This document shows positions 62,808 to 64,000 of a stretch of 64,000 nt of DNA, piece by piece. Made by a program: the position numbers and the translations under genes. The notes beneath the pieces were generated by a model. The model was not told where the DNA came from. It made no database searches and worked only from the letters and a program-made list of their open reading frames with translations. Each line of letters opens with the position of its first letter. Position 1 is the stretch's first letter. Source of the stretch: a virus; the IMG/VR virus record IMGVR_UViG_3300025818_000017, one strand, 5' to 3'.

Positions 62808-64000
62808 ATGAGAGCAAAAGAGTTTTTACTTGAAGCACAGAACTATGAGGCTATGTTTGACGGTCTAAGAAAGATCGGTCAGGAAATGGGTAACGACGAT
62901 GATATTCGGGCCATGACCAATCCAAATATTTCTTGGGCAAAGCGAACCCTACAAAAGAATGATAGAATAGTATGGTTCCTTCGCTATGTGAAACTTTCTA
63001 TTATTGACCTAATGATCAACAAGGCACAGTTACAAGCGTCCGGTCCAACAGCCGCTGACGCTGCAAAGAAGAGTGAACAAATAAAGCCTATTCTTGACGC
63101 TCTACAAAAAGAAAGCCAGAAAACCCGTAAGAAAATGAAACCAAATGCGGCTGTACCGCAAATCAACTTCTTGCGTTCACAGCTTGAACACTCACTTTCT
63201 CTACCAATCCCAAAAATCCAACAACATACATTCGGCAATGAAACATTCCAAGAGTTAGTCAATGTATTCAACGACTATGAAAACGAATGGAAAGAAGAAC
63301 GAGAAGGCACACTTGAGCCACAGGAAGGCGATAAACCTATCATCAAGTTCAACGAGAACCTTGCTTGGTGGCATCTACCACGAGGCGGGTGCAGTGATGA
63401 AGCAAATGCTATGGGGCACTGTGGTAATGTTGGTTGGAGAGACTATGACGGCACAACCATCCTATCCCTAAGAACAAAACTACCAAACGGATTATACCGT
63501 CCTCACCTTACATTCATCATTGATAAGAATGGTTATCTTGGAGAAATGAAGGGTAGAGCAAACGAGAAACCAAAGCCAAAATATCACCCATATATCATCA
63601 AACTATTAGAGCATGAAATGGTAAAAGGTATCAAGGGCGGCGGATACGCACCAGAGAATAACTTTTCACTAAGTGACTTAGATGAAGAAACCCGCGAAAA
63701 GTTGATTGATAAGAAACCATCCCTCGGAACAGTCAAAGACCTTGCTAAAAAGTTCGGCAAAGATAGTGATGAAGTTACCAAAGCAATCTCTGCTAAACTT
63801 GAAGCATTAGAGGATAATGGTGTTAGATACTATGGTTATGATGAAAAGAATAAAGTTCATCAACTTGACCATTGGAAAGATATCGAGCAGTTCTGTGAAA
63901 CAACAAACGGCAATATGGACCACTATATAAAATACTTCAATGGTAACGATACACTTGATATGTGGGGTTCAGATACAAGCTATCATCTTGACGATTTCTT
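62808..64000 (+). CDS. PcfJ-like domain protein, paralog of 9956-11851, 3'-truncated by window edge (absent from ORF track)
   Basis: Open frame to window end: MRAKEFLLEA...AWWHLPRGGCSDEANAMGHCGN...GEMKGRANEKP...GGGYAPENNF; cTAAATA 62784-62790 and AGAGGA SD. Confidence 0.8.
   Translation, partial: MRAKEFLLEAQNYEAMFDGLRKIGQEMGNDDDIRAMTNPNISWAKRTLQKNDRIVWFLRYVKLSIIDLMINKAQLQASGPTAADAAKKSEQIKPILDALQKESQKTRKKMKPNAAVPQINFLRSQLEHSLSLPIPKIQQHTFGNETFQELVNVFNDYENEWKEEREGTLEPQEGDKPIIKFNENLAWWHLPRGGCSDEANAMGHCGNVGWRDYDGTTILSLRTKLPNGLYRPHLTFIIDKNGYLGEMKGRANEKPKPKYHPYIIKLLEHEMVKGIKGGGYAPENNFSLSDLDEETREKLIDKKPSLGTVKDLAKKFGKDSDEVTKAISAKLEALEDNGVRYYGYDEKNKVHQLDHWKDIEQFCETTNGNMDHYIKYFNGNDTLDMWGSDTSYHLDDF

Overview
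This is a 64-kb segment of a large (jumbo-type) tailed dsDNA phage with T4-distant replication and virion genes. The host is probably Gram-negative (spanin-like lipoprotein, periplasmic HtrA and TctC). It uses genetic code 11, is densely coding and lies mostly on the + strand. Translation/RNA genes: CCA-adding enzyme (cut by the window start), DUF2828 (Ro60/TROVE-VWA-like) protein and IF-1. Virion genes: baseplate and tail-type proteins, plus many late proteins with capsid-targeting-like leaders. Replication/nucleotide genes: family B polymerase, clamp loader, probable clamp, MazG, 5'-nucleotidase, DHFR, ThyA and a non-catalytic DnaE fragment. Proteostasis genes: HtrA, GroES, DnaJ, ClpA, ClpP. 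Also present: PhoH, IscA, a TctA/TctC transporter cassette, a lysis cassette, four DNA methyltransferases (one paired with a putative restriction nuclease), nucleotide-sugar genes (Gmd, cytidylyltransferase-cupin) and a freestanding GIY-YIG endonuclease. Two promoter classes are visible: sigma70-like TTGACA-N16/17-TATAAT/TATACT and a T4-late-like TAAATA that often sits 4-5 nt before a start codon. I saw no tRNA, rRNA or CRISPR array. The strongest leads are non-coding: (i) two tandem stem-NNNCAGCAA RNA elements coupled to a switchable terminator ahead of the Ro60-like gene, and (ii) a leaderless 11-12 codon uORF ending on a terminator upstream of the IF-1 operon. All family calls come from motif recognition by eye; no database searches were run.
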